Assembly (NCBI GenBank): GCA_964016885.1
Contig: OZ024741.1
Span: 290,718,001-290,782,000 of the forward strand
Direction: 5' to 3'
Source: Eledone cirrhosa
Taxonomy: Eukaryota
Length of the DNA stretch: 64,000 nt
Of the stretch, positions 1-13,953 are shown piece after piece. Under the pieces are notes generated by a model. It was given only the letters and a program-made list of their open reading frames with translations, was not told where the DNA came from and did no database searches. Position 1 is the stretch's first letter. The number at the start of each line of letters is the position of its first letter. The position numbers and the translations under genes were made by a program.

Positions 1-1237
1 CTCAATCTACAGGCACATGTTCAGAGCAAACCCATTCACTCCAGCCATTCTCGCCTCTTTCACCCACCACTCAAATTGCTTTGAAGGCAGCACTTCCTTC
101 TCCACCCTGATTTTCGCCCTCAAGTGAAACCTGAAGAAGTTAATCAAGGGGTCGTCGAAAAGGAAAGTGCCCGCCTTGAACCCTTTTAGACGCGTCCACC
201 ATACGACCTTTTTCGTCATGACCCCCAGACATACACACACAGCCTGCACTTCCTGGCTAAAAAAGGACGGCGCGGCGAATTTGATGATGACTCAGTTGAC
301 AGCCAGATCTGTTCTACAAGTGACATTAGGTGTCCGAGTTAAAACCACAAGCCAGCGATAATTAGACAATGTAAGAGTCCACGCAGGACGGTTTCGTCGC
401 CCTGCGTACATTCGGACATGCCCGACTGACGGCAAATTCCATGCTTGTAGAGCTTATCTCGAACCGGCAATGCTCCCCGGTAGCATTGTCAGGCCAGGAA
501 TTTCTGGAAGTTGTCTTTAAGCGGCTGACCCAAACTCCTTTGGACAAGAGTGACTAGTTGATTTTCGTAGCCGCCCAGAGTTTCTTCAAGAACGTCGTCG
601 CTTTTACCTATCACTAACTCTCTATAGAACGCCAAATGAAATTTTTACCGAACGTAGTACCCGATTGGCTGAGGGCTGTGAGAGCGTGAAGACATTCCAG
701 CTTCTAATCCCTTCCCTTAGATCTCCGCTTGACCCAGTATTGCAGCAACGTCAAAGAGACGAACTGGGGGAAAAGTGCCTAGCGAATTGACCACACCTGT
801 TAACCGTTCAAGAAAAAACTGGAGATGTCGTAGCCTTAGCGCATGTCTTCGCAACATCAGCTTCGGCATGCCCAGTCCTCCAAGCAACAAGTATTGGCAA
901 CATATGGACCACCCGACTATCGGAGCGCGTCCCTTCCACAAAAAGCGAAAGAGCAAACGCTGCAGCCCAGTGAGACGAGGCTTTGGACAAGGCACGATGT
1001 ACGCGTTCGCCACCACCAGTCGAACCTTCAGGGATAGCTTCCTCTTGGCCCATTTCCGGGTGAGAGTGGCCACCTTGATCTTTACCATGTCCCAGCTTTT
1101 GTCCTTCTGGAGGTCCGGACCAAACCAGACCCCGAGAAATTTAACCGGTTCGTCCCTTCAGCGCTCGACAACGCTGTTAGACGGTATGGACCTGCCTCTC
1201 CAAGTGCCGAGTCGCAGGCTCATCAATTTTCCCTGGT
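1..1237 (-). mobile_element. Tx1/L1-clade LINE, degraded 3' half of ORF2 (RT C-terminus to end)
   Basis: Minus-strand peptides KWAKRKLSLKVRLVVANAYI, RLLFRFLWKG, GGLGMP, VWWTRLKG...LINFFRFHL match the + strand copies at 51.5-52.6 kb and 55.3-56.5 kb; multiple frameshifts. Confidence 0.9.
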
Positions 1238-1697
1238 TAATTAGAATAATTAATAATAATGATTTCTTTATTAGTCACGCAGGGCTCACATAAAGTAAAC
1301 ATTGAATACGACACCAGACGGTACAGTGTGGTTTCTAGCGTATAACAAATTTTTAACAAAAACAGGGAGACTAAAAAAAAAATTAAATTCCCTAACAGAT
1401 GGTGGGGAGACCTACGATGGTCACATTTGCGGGAAGCCCACAAACATCAAAGGTCACCCTGACCGCTAGGGCAAGTGCACTCTCCCAGTCTTCTTTGGCA
1501 AATCTACTGGTGAGTAGTCAGAGCAGGCCCATTCACTCGTCATGCTCACCTCTCATACCCACCTTTGAACGAACTGCTTGGAAGGCAGCATTTCCCTCTC
1601 CATCCTGATTTTCCTCTTCAAGTGAAATCTGAAAAAGTCAATCTGAGCTTTCCTGAGAGGAAAGTTCTTGTCTTCAACCCCTTCAGATATGTCCACG
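1238..1697 (-). mobile_element. Tx1-like LINE 3' end (last ORF2 codons, 3' UTR, degenerate (ATT)n tail)
   Basis: Reverse complement aligns to 56340-56830 (gagtgcacttgccc, aataaagaaatcattattatt). Confidence 0.8.
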
Positions 1698-2250
1698 TAA
1701 AATTACGAAAAATGGAAGATCAGTTTAACATGGATCCAATTGAAATCAGGAGAGGCATATTTCAGGAAGTTAATTTATCTTCATTGTTGATTGTACTGTG
1801 CCTGGTGCCTCTGATGGTGGTTTTGAGAAGATCTAAAGCATGATATCAGCTTAGGGGATAACAGCAACTCATGGATGATCTGAAATTATATGAAAAAGAT
1901 GAATCTCAAATGAGTTCCCTTACAGACACAGTGAATGGCTTTAGTTTGGATATCCGAATGATAGTTGGCTGACAGAAATGTGGGATACTTATTCTGAGGC
2001 GAGGCAAGATCAAACACGTGGACGGAATATCAATGACTTCAGGATAGGTCATGAATCATATAGATGATAACGGCTACATATATATGGGAATTTTGGAAAA
2101 GGAAATAAAAACTAAATTTACCGAAGAATATTTTAAGAGAATGAGATTTATTCTATAAACAGTGGAATGACAGAAATAAATATGAAGCGTTTAATACTTG
2201 GGCAGTAACATTGCTAAGATATGGTGTTTGAATGAATGGGTGGACAGTAT
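1698..2250 (+). mobile_element. R4/Dong-type non-LTR RT fragment (decayed)
   Basis: Translates as IEIRRGIFQEVNLSSLL...LMDDLKLYEK...GYIYMGILE...AFNTWAVTLLRYG, with stops; GIFQGD and MDDLKL motifs are typical of R4/Dong RTs. Confidence 0.75.
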
Positions 2251-2593
2251 TTTCATCATATAGACAGACAACACCAACAATCACTGATCACGCCTGGCCA
2301 CCGTATAAACATTTTGGCAAACGGCGCAAACTGAACGCTCAAAAACCATGCACTATATGACTAGAGAAATCATCACAGTTCACAAGAAACAAGAGAAAAG
2401 ACACTCCAAACTGCTTGAGGACAAAATACAGCAACAAGGTTATAATAAATCAAGGAAACCATGTAAGCAATAAAAAAGAAAACTCTGTCCGACCTTTAGG
2501 GGCAGCTTACATTTCAGGTCATTTCTGAATGAGATTGTCAAACTAAGGCGTATTATTGCTATTCCTGTTGATGTTGATGCTGTCGTTAAGCAA

Positions 2594-2604
2594 CACTACT
2601 ACTA

Positions 2605-2688
<84 letters not shown>

Positions 2689-2750
2689 ATAATAATAATA
2701 ATAATAATAATAATACAAATACGGGTGATGATGATGATGATGATGATAAG
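2594..2750. repeat. Compound trinucleotide microsatellite (ACT)n(GCT)n(ACT)n(AAT)n...(GAT)n
   Basis: Directly visible. Confidence 0.95.
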
Positions 2751-3004
2751 GATAATAGAGTTACCCGTCATCACCGCGTCCACCACCACTGGTTCAACAA
2801 TCAATTGACAAAATGATGTGAGAAGTGTTAAGCCCTACTATTTCAACATATACATCTATTGTTATCCAAACAATTGTCTCTTCTCTCACACAGGGTGGAG
2901 TTCTTAACACCCATCTTTCGTTTTTATTGTTAATATTGTTACTACTGTTATTATCTTAGTGTTTTAGTTGTTACTTCTGTTATTGTTTTTATTTGGTGGG
3001 TTTA

Positions 3005-3043
<39 letters not shown>

Positions 3044-3164
3044 GGCTCCTTCTTGTATACCTCAGTTTGTGTGTTTGTATGGACTTCTATATTTCTCTCT
3101 CTGAGTGTGTGCGCGCGCGTGTGTGTGTGTGTTGTGTGTGTGAATATATAGTCAGCTCGTATGC

Positions 3165-3208
<44 letters not shown>

Positions 3209-3611
3209 ATATTCAAAATAGAGGCGCACAGGACAAAGACAATGGGAAAACAAACCAGATAGACGGACAGTCCCACCTCCTGAGTCAACCTCTGGAAATT
3301 TCTACAGTTTCGGTACATTAAGGTCGAAACCTTTCATTCCAGTGCACATTGGAATATATATATATATATATGTATGTATATATATATGTGTGTGTAAGTG
3401 GTGTGTGTGTGTGTGGGGGGAGGGGGGGGGAGTGTGTGTGTGTGTGTGGGGGGGGGGGAGTGTGTGTGGGGGGGGGGGGGGGGGCGTGTAAAGTAGAAAA
3501 TGAACTATCGTATCCGGGGTATAAATTGCTAAGGTATTTTGACACATTTAGAAATTAAGTTTTAAACTAGATTGTTAATAAATCGAAAAAATCTATTAAA
3601 CCGATTAAATG

Positions 3612-3810
3612 ATAATAATAATTATTTCTACTTTTGGCACAAAGACCAATTATCCCAGTGCATTACTGGTACTTTATTTTATCGACCCCGTAAAGATGAA
3701 AGGCAAAGGTAACCTCGGCGGGATTTGAACTCAGACCATAAAGGGCCGTAACTCTTTGCTGCAAAGCCTGGAATCCGACCCTCTACCGATACTGCCAATC
3801 CACCGCCCTT
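3612..3810 (-). mobile_element. tRNA-derived SINE, family A
   Basis: Minus strand: A-box-like tggcagtatcggtag, B-box gagttcaaatccc, central gcctttcatc-tttacggggtcgataaa-ataaagtaccag, tail agtagaaa(taat)n; at least 15 copies or fragments in this window. The central block resembles, from memory, the Meta/MESC SINE domain (inference). Confidence 0.9.
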
Positions 3811-3824
3811 AAATGATAATAATA

Positions 3825-4000
3825 ATGTCGTCCCCAATGTCACAGGAGCACTAAGTACTATCTCTGAGATCTTCCAAGGCTGGTTAAAGAACATTAGCCC
3901 AGCCTCCTTATTCGGAAAACCTGCAGAATGCAAGCCTACTTGGAACAGCAAGAAAGCTCCGATACGCCCTGGACATCTGAGGCTGCAAGTAGCGGCTTCA
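3825..4000 (+). mobile_element. R4/Dong-type LINE C-terminal fragment
   Basis: VVPNVTGALSTI...LLGTARKLRYALDI* resembles the C-terminus of the restriction-like endonuclease domain of R4/Dong elements. Confidence 0.6.
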
Positions 4001-4079
4001 TGTTCATTAGGGCAAATTCCCGGTTAAATAACAATAAAAACTGAGATATCAATGTCATAACAATATAATTAATAGTAAA

Positions 4080-4905
4080 AATATACATCATACCCACATA
4101 TGTACGGTATTGACTTTAAGAAAGCATATAATACGGTGCCTATTTCTTGGGTTGTTGAATGTTTACAGATGTTTTGTATTCCTGACAGCATAACAGATTT
4201 TCTCCTGAATAGTTAGTTAGAGTGGAAGACCAAGTTGTACACAAGCAATGTCTTCCTTGGAGAAGCAGAAATTAAAAAGGAGTATTTTCCAAGATGACTC
4301 ATTTTCAACATTACTATTTATCATTGCCCTTATATCTATGACACTGATACATAGAAAGGTTAACATGGTTTACCAATGAGGAAAGAAATGATCATCGATA
4401 AACCATCTTCTGTTTATGGATGACCTAAAACTGTTTGGGAAGTCCGAAAACCAGACAGGTTCTTTGGTTAAAACAGACTAGATATGTAGCAGTGATATCG
4501 GTATGAAATTTTGGATCTCCAAATGATCCGTGCTCATTATGAAAAGAGAGGAAATACCAACCTGTAGTGGACTAAGGTTGCCAACGGGAGAAACCATGGG
4601 GGAACCGGTAGATGGTGGATACAAGTATCTGGGGGATTTTAGAACTGGTTGATATTTTACATGCAGAAATGAAAAAAAGGTTAGAAGGACATATTTAAAA
4701 AGATCCAACTCGAATGAAAGAAATCTAGCCACAGTAATGAATATCTGGACAGTTGTAGTGGTTAGATATAGAGTGTCCATTTTTGGTTGGACTGAACAAG
4801 AAATAACAAAGTTGGATATAAAGAAAAGAAAGTTAATGATATTGTACTGAGCTTTACACCCTGAAGCAAATAATAAATATATAGAGATTTACTCGAAGAG
4901 AAATA
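4080..4905 (+). mobile_element. R4/Dong-type non-LTR RT fragment (decayed)
   Basis: IDFKKAYNTVPISWVVECL...FQDDSFSTLLF...NHLLFMDDLKLFG...YKYLG with stops and frameshifts. Confidence 0.8.
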
Positions 4906-5490
4906 ATGACCACCAGGGCAAGTGCCCTCTCCCAGTTGTCCTACAATCTACAGGCTTATACTCAGGACAGGCCCATTCACCCGGACCATGCTTGCCACCC
5001 TCATTCACCTTTCAACAAACTGGTTGAAAGGCTGTACTTTCCTCTCCACCCTCAATTTCTTATTCAAGCTTAACCAGGTAGTCAGGGCTTCGGCAAAGAG
5101 GAAAGTGCTAGTCTTCACTCTTTTCAAAAGAGTCAACCACCCGACCTCTTTCTCCATGGCCACAAAGCAAATAAAAATTGCCTGTCCTTCTCCACTAAAG
5201 GATGGCGGTGGCGTGATTTTCACAATGGACTTAGTCGATAGTCGGATCCGTCCCACACGTGACAACATGTGTTCAACAACCTTCGAGTCGGATACATGAT
5301 GAGTTCGTGCAGGACTGTTTCGTCACAGTGAGTGCATCAAGGACAGGCCCGGGTGATGGCACTTCCATGCCTCTCTAATTGAAAAGCTCCTTGGTAGCAC
5401 TGCCACGACAGGAATTTCTAGTAGTTATCCATGGGCCCTGGGTGAAAATCCTCTCGAAAAGAGAGAGGAGGTAACTCTAATTGTCAACAC
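4906..5490 (-). mobile_element. Tx1-like LINE ORF2 3' fragment
   Basis: RIRLSTKSIVKITPPPSFSGEGQAIFICFVAMEKEVGW matches the C-terminal region of the 52 kb and 56 kb copies. Confidence 0.85.
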
Positions 5491-5750
5491 ACCGTGATAT
5501 GACCTTAGTAAACTGTGCAAGAGTATCTACAAGTGAACAGAAGAAACCGTAGTACAATATAACACACATACCCGTACGAGAGAACTTGTTTCGAAGCCAA
5601 CAATACCAATAGGTTTGTTCATTCGAACACCACCACGAATGAAATAACACATCACTCTCATAGCACATCAAGCAAACTGAGATATAATTGAGTCTACCAA
5701 CACTGCAGAGTCTATTTTCACCTTTGAACACCATTTATATTATAAATACA

Positions 5751-5943
5751 ATAATTGTTTCTACTTTTGGCTCAAGGCCAGCAATCACCCCAGTGCATTA
5801 TGGTGCATTATTTTATCGTCCCCGTAAGAATAAAAGGCAAAGTTGACCTCAGCGGAATTTGAACTCAGACCGTAAAAGGCCATAACTCCATGCTGCAGCG
5901 CATAATGTCCGACCCTCTACCGATACTGCCAATCCATCGCCCT
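5751..5943 (-). mobile_element. tRNA-derived SINE, family A
   Basis: Aligns to 3612-3810. Confidence 0.9.
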
Positions 5944-6264
5944 AAATATCGTAAATATAATAATAGTTGATAACACTGGCATTTATGTTTAACAGCGAAG
6001 AACCATATCATGATCGACACCGTTTCAATAAGAAAACAGAAAGACAGAACTCACCTCAACTAGCAGGTGCAGCATGATATTTCTGCAATATCTTTCCACA
6101 GAAAAATAAAAAGAGCCGCTGACATCAGTAATCAGGGAGCTGGCCACCATATTGTCTGTTACTACAGCAACAACACAAACATGCATTGAAGATCATTGTG
6201 TCGAAATGTTTGGAAACTAGCGTGAAACCATGGTACAGAAATAACTAAAGAGAGTAGATATCTC

Positions 6265-6366
<102 letters not shown>

Positions 6367-6458
6367 TCTCTCTCTCGTCTCTCGTATATATATATAAATA
6401 TATATGTGTGTGTATAAAGACACTCGTAACCACCCCTATATATAAATATATATATTAT

Positions 6459-6493
<35 letters not shown>

Positions 6494-6524
6494 AATATAT
6501 ATATATACATGTACATATATATGT

Positions 6525-6594
<70 letters not shown>

Positions 6595-6667
6595 GTCCAT
6601 GTATGTACATAATTGTGTATATACGTATGCATATATCTATCTATCAATTTCTCTCTCTCGCTCTCTA

Positions 6668-6709
<42 letters not shown>

Positions 6710-9180
6710 CATTTATATATATACATATATATATACATATATACATATATATGTGTCTGTGTATACTAGTGTGTGTGTGTATGTGTGTGTGTATACTAGT
6801 GTGTGTGTATGTGTGTGTGACAGAATGTCAGAAAGTATAGAAACGAAGGTCTAATGGACGGAGGGGGTGGTGTGTGGAACTAGTAGGATAGATTGTTAGA
6901 TAAACTGACTGGGAGAGAGAGAGAGAGAGAGGGGGGGGGGGGAAGTAACGGTATGGGTGAGAATGGGAGAGAGGTGAAAGTGATATAAATGTCAACAATA
7001 ACCTCCAATCCACCACCTCTCAACTTGATAAACCTGTTATGATAGAGTCGTTCAGTTATTAAAAATAGATCATTTATAATCTTTTGTTTCTAATGGCCCC
7101 TTTTCTGCACTCTCGAGGAATATAACCCAACTATGCCTTATTGTAGTATTCCTGCAAATGAACAGTGTGATGTATAGTACGGTTGTTCAGGTCACATACA
7201 GTGTTATATCAGTGCTTTTTGTTGTTGCTGTTGTGTAGCTTCAGGTCTACCTTTATTGAGTAGACCTATGATCAAATACGTTATGAAATGTGCTCTTTTC
7301 CTATTGAAAATAATATTATAGTGTGTGGCTCCCAATTCTAATTGATAGAGCGTTCACATGAAAGGTGTCTCTTTGGTTCATTCGTAGAGACATATTTCAT
7401 TCGGGCATAACACACACACATATATCTGCGTGGTGTTTGTGGGGTGGTGGTAGCTGTAAGCACGTTTAGTTTACAAAGACAAGAATAAGAAATTTATACA
7501 TTGAGTAGAATATTTTAATCGTTAAGAATGTATAAAGAGATATAAGATCGGATAGGACTTTAACTTACAACCGTAGGCGAATGCAAAATTGATTATAAAT
7601 GCAACGTCATTCAGCCACATTTCGAGCGTTTTTCCATAGGCTATACGATGAAAACAATGACCCGAAGAAGCAACATTAATGTGGTCGACCAAACTGCTAG
7701 AAATACCATTGAAATCCTCCTCAAATCATATCATGCTCCCTTTAAAAAAATAGCTACATTCGATAATGTAACAGTTTTGCCTGAAAAAAAAAAAAAAAGA
7801 ATACAAAGATTTTCATGACTAGAACTAGTTTGCTCATAGGTCGGATGCAATATGGCTGATCTGAGACAAACAATAGCTATATTTTAAAAAATATTTTGGA
7901 CTGGCAGTAGGCAGCTACTGCAGCTTCGTTAACATTAGCACAGCACCAAGTCAGAAATTGGTGGCGAGGAGGGACTCCATTATATTGACCTAGTCTTACT
8001 AGTACTTTATTTTATTCAGATGAAAGGAAAAATTGACCTTGGCGAAATTTGATCTCAGAACGAAAAGAACCCAAACGAATGCCATAAAACATTCTATTCG
8101 ATGCTATCACGACTCTGCCAGTCCTCAACGTATGGTCCGATGCTCAAACGATTCTGATAAACCACAACCCTTTATCCAGCTAATAATCTTAACTATAATA
8201 AAGAAAGGAGTGCGGGACTGCGTCCAGAATATATATTTTTTACCCCGTTTGTAAAATAAGTTGGATTACTTTAAATAAATAATAAATGAATATTACATAA
8301 TGTATGTGCTAAATTTCGTGGCTGTTGATTAAATATATTTTATAGCTTATTTAAAGATTCACTTCTTTAAAATGTTCAAATGTCAACACTTCCGGTTAGC
8401 GGCCGTTATATTATAACACTTGTAAAAATATCGCTAATATTTCCGTCGCTAATTTTCTCCTAATACAGTTTATATATAATATCGTCTTTTTTTAATGTAT
8501 CATGGATTACTTTACTGATTACATAAGACAGTGTAACAGACTTCGTTCAATTCTGTGTATATTGTCAATTATTTGATGTATCATATCTACATGCATATAT
8601 ACTTGCGTATAATATCAATATACACATGCTAGCAGAAAACCACCCGAAGGGTGGTTTTTGTGCTAGTGATTTCTAACAAAGGCACACGACTACAATTTGT
8701 TGTTAGTAGGAAACAGTATTTTTTGAAAAACAAACAAATTGGCAAATGAAACGACGACAACCATAAAAAAAACATCTGAAAAAAAAACAGGATTTAGAAA
8801 ATGGCCTATGACAACGATATTTATACAAAAAAAAAATTAAACCAACTGCAATATATATAAAACCAGCCAGCTTAAAATACTGAAAAGAAAACAGTTCTGT
8901 TAAAGATTGCAGTAGCGTAAGATTCAAGTAGTGAGAAATATAATCCAGTATAAATAACTATATACAGAGTGAGTCATAGGTAACCGGGAAGTCCAGCATT
9001 TATAATTCCAAATGATAATATTTACTAAAATTCTGCTCATACAGTACGAAATTATAAATACATCAAACAAAAGTAGTTAAAAATATATGATTAATGTAAC
9101 TGTTCGAAAAGTTGACCCAGTTCCTCAATATATTGTGAACCTTGCCCGGTTACTTATGACCTGCTTATATATATATGACC

Positions 9181-9239
<59 letters not shown>

Positions 9240-9337
9240 CCACAACGAGATTATATATATAAATGTTTGCATCTGTGTGTGTGCGTGTGAGTGTGTGTGT
9301 GCGTGTATGTGTGTGTGCGTATGTGTGTGTGTTTGTA

Positions 9338-9405
<68 letters not shown>

Positions 9406-9624
9406 CGTGTGTGTGTGTGTGTGCGTGCGTGTGTGTGTGCGTAAACACGTCTGAAATTTCTTCATAGCTACCAGTAAATACATAATTACATATTTCAATC
9501 TCTGCAGCTATACACCAGCACCAGGCACTTATTCAACCTAAAATACTTACTAACAACATGCAAAGTTTAGGCAAAACCTACAATTGAATTCTTCTCTCAG
9601 ATTTAGGTGATGTTATAATATATA

Positions 9625-9842
9625 AAGGTGTATTGGCAGTATCGGTAGGAGTCACACACCATGCTTTGCAGCATAGAATTATGGCCCTTTAAGTTCTGAG
9701 TTTCATTCCCACCGAGGTTAGGCTTGTCTTTTATCCTTACGGGGTCAATAAAATCAAGTACCAGTAACTACTGGGGTCGATTTAATCGACTTTCCCCTTC
9801 CCTTCAAATTGCTGGTCTTCTGCCTAAAGTAGAAACAATTAT
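9625..9842 (+). mobile_element. tRNA-derived SINE, family A (long variant)
   Basis: Same head and centre plus an extra gtcgatttaatcgactttccccttccc block. Confidence 0.85.
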
Positions 9843-10681
9843 ATATAAAAACACTGTTGACTTACATCCATCAATGAACTTCTAGGTAAAAATGGACACG
9901 AAGAGAATTCCAGATGTCTGAAGTACGGTAGAGTATGAATTTGAAAAATTGTTGATGCTGGGACCTGAATAGAAGAAATATTTTATTCAGCTGGTTGAGT
10001 TGAGGTAGGACCAGGTCAGTCACAGTAAAGTTACATCCTAACAAGGGATTATTTGTTTGAGTGTGTATGTGTGCCACATCGGTCATGGGGATACAAGTAA
10101 TGACATTCTGTGACTTTCACAAGCGGCAGATTGCTACCAAGACTTCGTCTGGGTTGGGCGTGGTTAGGAAGTTATCTTGTGCTGATTCTGTGTCAACCCG
10201 TGCCTCCGGATCGACCTGTGGACTCGGGGGCAATAAGCATTCCGGGCAGTGCCTACGATGCAGAGATTCCGATGGATATTGAGTAAGTTTGACTTATACA
10301 CGTATCTAATGATTAATTGTTTCTACTTATGGCACAAGGCCAGCCGTTATCCCAGTGTATTACTGGTAATGATTAATGAAGATTAGCATACTGACGAGAG
10401 TCCTAATCTTATGATTAATAATTATCCATTTAATTGAGGTTATTATTCTATTTCTTCATGACCAGAAACAACACTGTATGGGCTTTTATTAGAATTATAT
10501 ATTGCTGATATAGTGTAAAATTTCATTGTTCTAATTCAGATTGTTTTATATGGTTTTTGTGCAAGGTGTGAACATTCTTGTACATTTAACAAAATCTATG
10601 GGAGTACTCTCTGATTGTACTCTTTTTAGCGCATACTTTTTATCATGAGGTAATTGGTCAATATGTCGATATATTTATATT

Positions 10682-10779
<98 letters not shown>

Positions 10780-10979
10780 CGATGCTGTAGGGAGTGAGCA
10801 AGAGAGAAGGGAATATAAAAGTAAAACAATTCAGGTGAATCACAAAACACACACCTGATGTGTTTTCGACCATTACCTAGGAAATGGCGTTGTTACCACA
10901 AATACATCATAGGTCTATATGTATATATATATATTATTAATTCTGGCAATATTACGCAAATATGACCCTCCCCAAATAT

Positions 10980-11212
<233 letters not shown>

Positions 11213-11551
11213 TGTTTGTGTGTGTGTGTGTTTGAAATGTAATCGATGTTGGCAAACGAAAACAAAATCAACATTACAACCATTCACACCAGCAATATTC
11301 CTCTCCCCGTCACCACGACAATGAACACCAACACCACCATAAGCAACAACAACAACATTACAACACACTAAAAACATGTCATTGGCATTATAAAGAAATA
11401 AAACAAACCAATAAAATAATCTCACACATCATCTTTCAGTGGCTACGGGGTGGTGGCGCTGTATTCGTCTTTCTTGATACGGTTTCCCGCCTTGCTCAGA
11501 GTGACACTTCAGATCTGATTCGTTGACGTTGAACCAGACTATTGAGCGTAG

Positions 11552-11702
<151 letters not shown>

Positions 11703-12126
11703 TTTAGCGTGGTTTTTTATATGAAATCGTGTGTCGAAACAGATATTGTTATACTTGGGGAGGGTCATATTTGCGTAATATTGCCAGAATTAATAACAGA
11801 ACACACTCACTGTTTGGTTGGTTTTCGCTTCTCGCTGTCTTTTATATCTGCGATCTAACTTACTCGGTCCTCAATGTTGCCATTGACTGACCGACGGTCA
11901 AAAATAATACAGATACAATATAGACACAAACACATATATATAGTTTACATAATTTACATAAATCTTTCGTTGCACATCTGCAACATCGTCAGTGGTGTTA
12001 TATTTTTTTTTTCCTCCTGTTGTGTTGTATATCTACGCCATTTTTTATTCAGTCTGTCTATATATATAAATATATATATATATATTTATATATATATATA
12101 TAAATATATATATATAAATATATATG

Positions 12127-12169
<43 letters not shown>

Positions 12170-12170
12170 C

Positions 12171-12383
12171 AATCGATCGACTTTCGTCAAATCGGACCGA
12201 GGAAACAATGTTTCCGTTGGTCTTTCCAGTTGCTAGTACTATCTATCGGTCGCAACTCCAGGTAGAAGGAGCAACGTGAGATAAAGTGTCTTGCTCAAGG
12301 ACATAACGCATCGCCTGGTCCAGGAATCGAACTCACAACCTCAAGATTGTGAATCCAATTCTCTAACCACTCAGCCACACGCC

Positions 12384-12385
<2 letters not shown>
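12171..12385 (-). mobile_element. tRNA-derived SINE, family B (CORE-like)
   Basis: Minus strand: A box tggctgagtggt, B box gagttcgattcc, CORE-like tgtccttgagcaagacacttt; second copy at 62974-63156 (+), older relatives near 25025-25330 and 44716-44990. Confidence 0.85.
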
Positions 12386-12446
<61 letters not shown>

Positions 12447-12464
12447 GTATGTGTGTGTGTGTGT

Positions 12465-12510
<46 letters not shown>

Positions 12511-12591
12511 GGTAAACAGAAATAACCACACAATCAGTACAGTATATGGAAGGGATATATTAGGTTAACGCTTGATATAGCAGGAAGAGGG

Positions 12592-12627
12592 TCTTAACGT
12601 TTCGGACGCTAGTCCTTCATCAGAAAA
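12592..12627 (-). ncRNA. Minimal type I hammerhead ribozyme motif (Penelope-like pLTR remnant)
   Basis: Minus strand tttt-CTGATGA-A-GGAC(tagc)GTCC-GAAAC-GTT-aaga; palindromic AACGTT stem III. Confidence 0.7.
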
Positions 12628-12887
12628 ATGAATGAGTAATAAGATAGATTTAGGGGACGGGCGGGTTGGAATTGGTGAAAAAAGATATATATACCTTGCT
12701 CTTTCTCTGCTCCGCCCACCATCTCTATCGCTCTCTTTATCCCTCTCTCTCTCTTCTCATTCCTCTTTCTCAATCAATACCATCCTTGTCACTCTGTCTC
12801 CCTCTCCACGTCTCATTTAATCTCACCACACATTACCTTAAATATCTATCAAGCTATTTCTATCTCTTCACGTCTCTCTCTCTCTCC

Positions 12888-12966
<79 letters not shown>

Positions 12967-13247
12967 TTCATATATATGTATATATTATATGAAACGGGTC
13001 ATATATATATATGTATATATATAAATATATATATATGAATCCGGTTATATTTTACATATTTTTATATTTTATATATTTTGAATACATCACAAAACTCCTT
13101 TTTTGAAAAGAAATTTATTTTTAATAATGTCACTTTGACGGATCAAGGAAGAAAAAAGAAAAAAACACATCCTTTAAATATATTTTCCGTGCCGTTTCCA
13201 ATTCCACTTTTTCTCTATAACCTCTGATTTGTATAGGACCTTACTCC

Positions 13248-13313
<66 letters not shown>

Positions 13314-13315
<2 letters not shown>

Positions 13316-13515
13316 CGCAGGAAATGTGGTAAGGAACCAGGTGGACCATAACGCACCAAAGTACTCAATACTTAGGGTAGTAGAGTGGGTAATAGGAACA
13401 AGTAAGACCCCGACGGCTGAGCTCAAGCCGTTTCGACGGCTAATTCTGGACGCAATTAGCCGTCCAGAATTAGCCGTCGAAACGGCTTAAGCTCAGCCGT
13501 CGGGGTTTATTTGTT

Positions 13516-13520
<5 letters not shown>
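13314..13520 (-). mobile_element. Palindromic (TA)n-inserted non-autonomous element with a hammerhead 3' half (family P1, copy 1)
   Basis: ~60-bp inverted arms 13392-13452 and 13461-13520 plus an unpaired tail 13314-13391; (TA)n on both sides. Confidence 0.8.
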
Positions 13521-13574
<54 letters not shown>

Positions 13575-13661
13575 TATATATAATGATTTCATACGAATGA
13601 AACAGATCTAGTCCTGTAGAAGCAATTTCTATATGCAATTTTCGTTACATATATATTTGTG

Positions 13662-13701
<40 letters not shown>

Positions 13702-13922
13702 TCTCTCTCTATATGTATGTCTATATATATCTATATCTTGCAAAGAGGTGTTGCTGATGTCTGTCATAGATAGTGGCTCACAGTGTGAAATGTTGCCCTT
13801 GTTTCGGCTCGTCTCTTCTCGTCTGACACGGTGGAGAGGGATTTGGGGCTTTTGTGTAGTGAGTATCTTTTTTCTCCATTGTATATACATATATACAGAC
13901 ATATATATATATACATACATAG

Positions 13923-13953
<31 letters not shown>

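Noticed and set aside
8637-8660. Rho-independent terminator-like hairpin plus U tract
   Set aside because: Eukaryotic repeat context; listed only as a possible Helitron end.
12300-12385. tRNA gene
   Set aside because: A/B boxes are present, but it is the head of a SINE followed by a CORE-like body; no acceptor stem.
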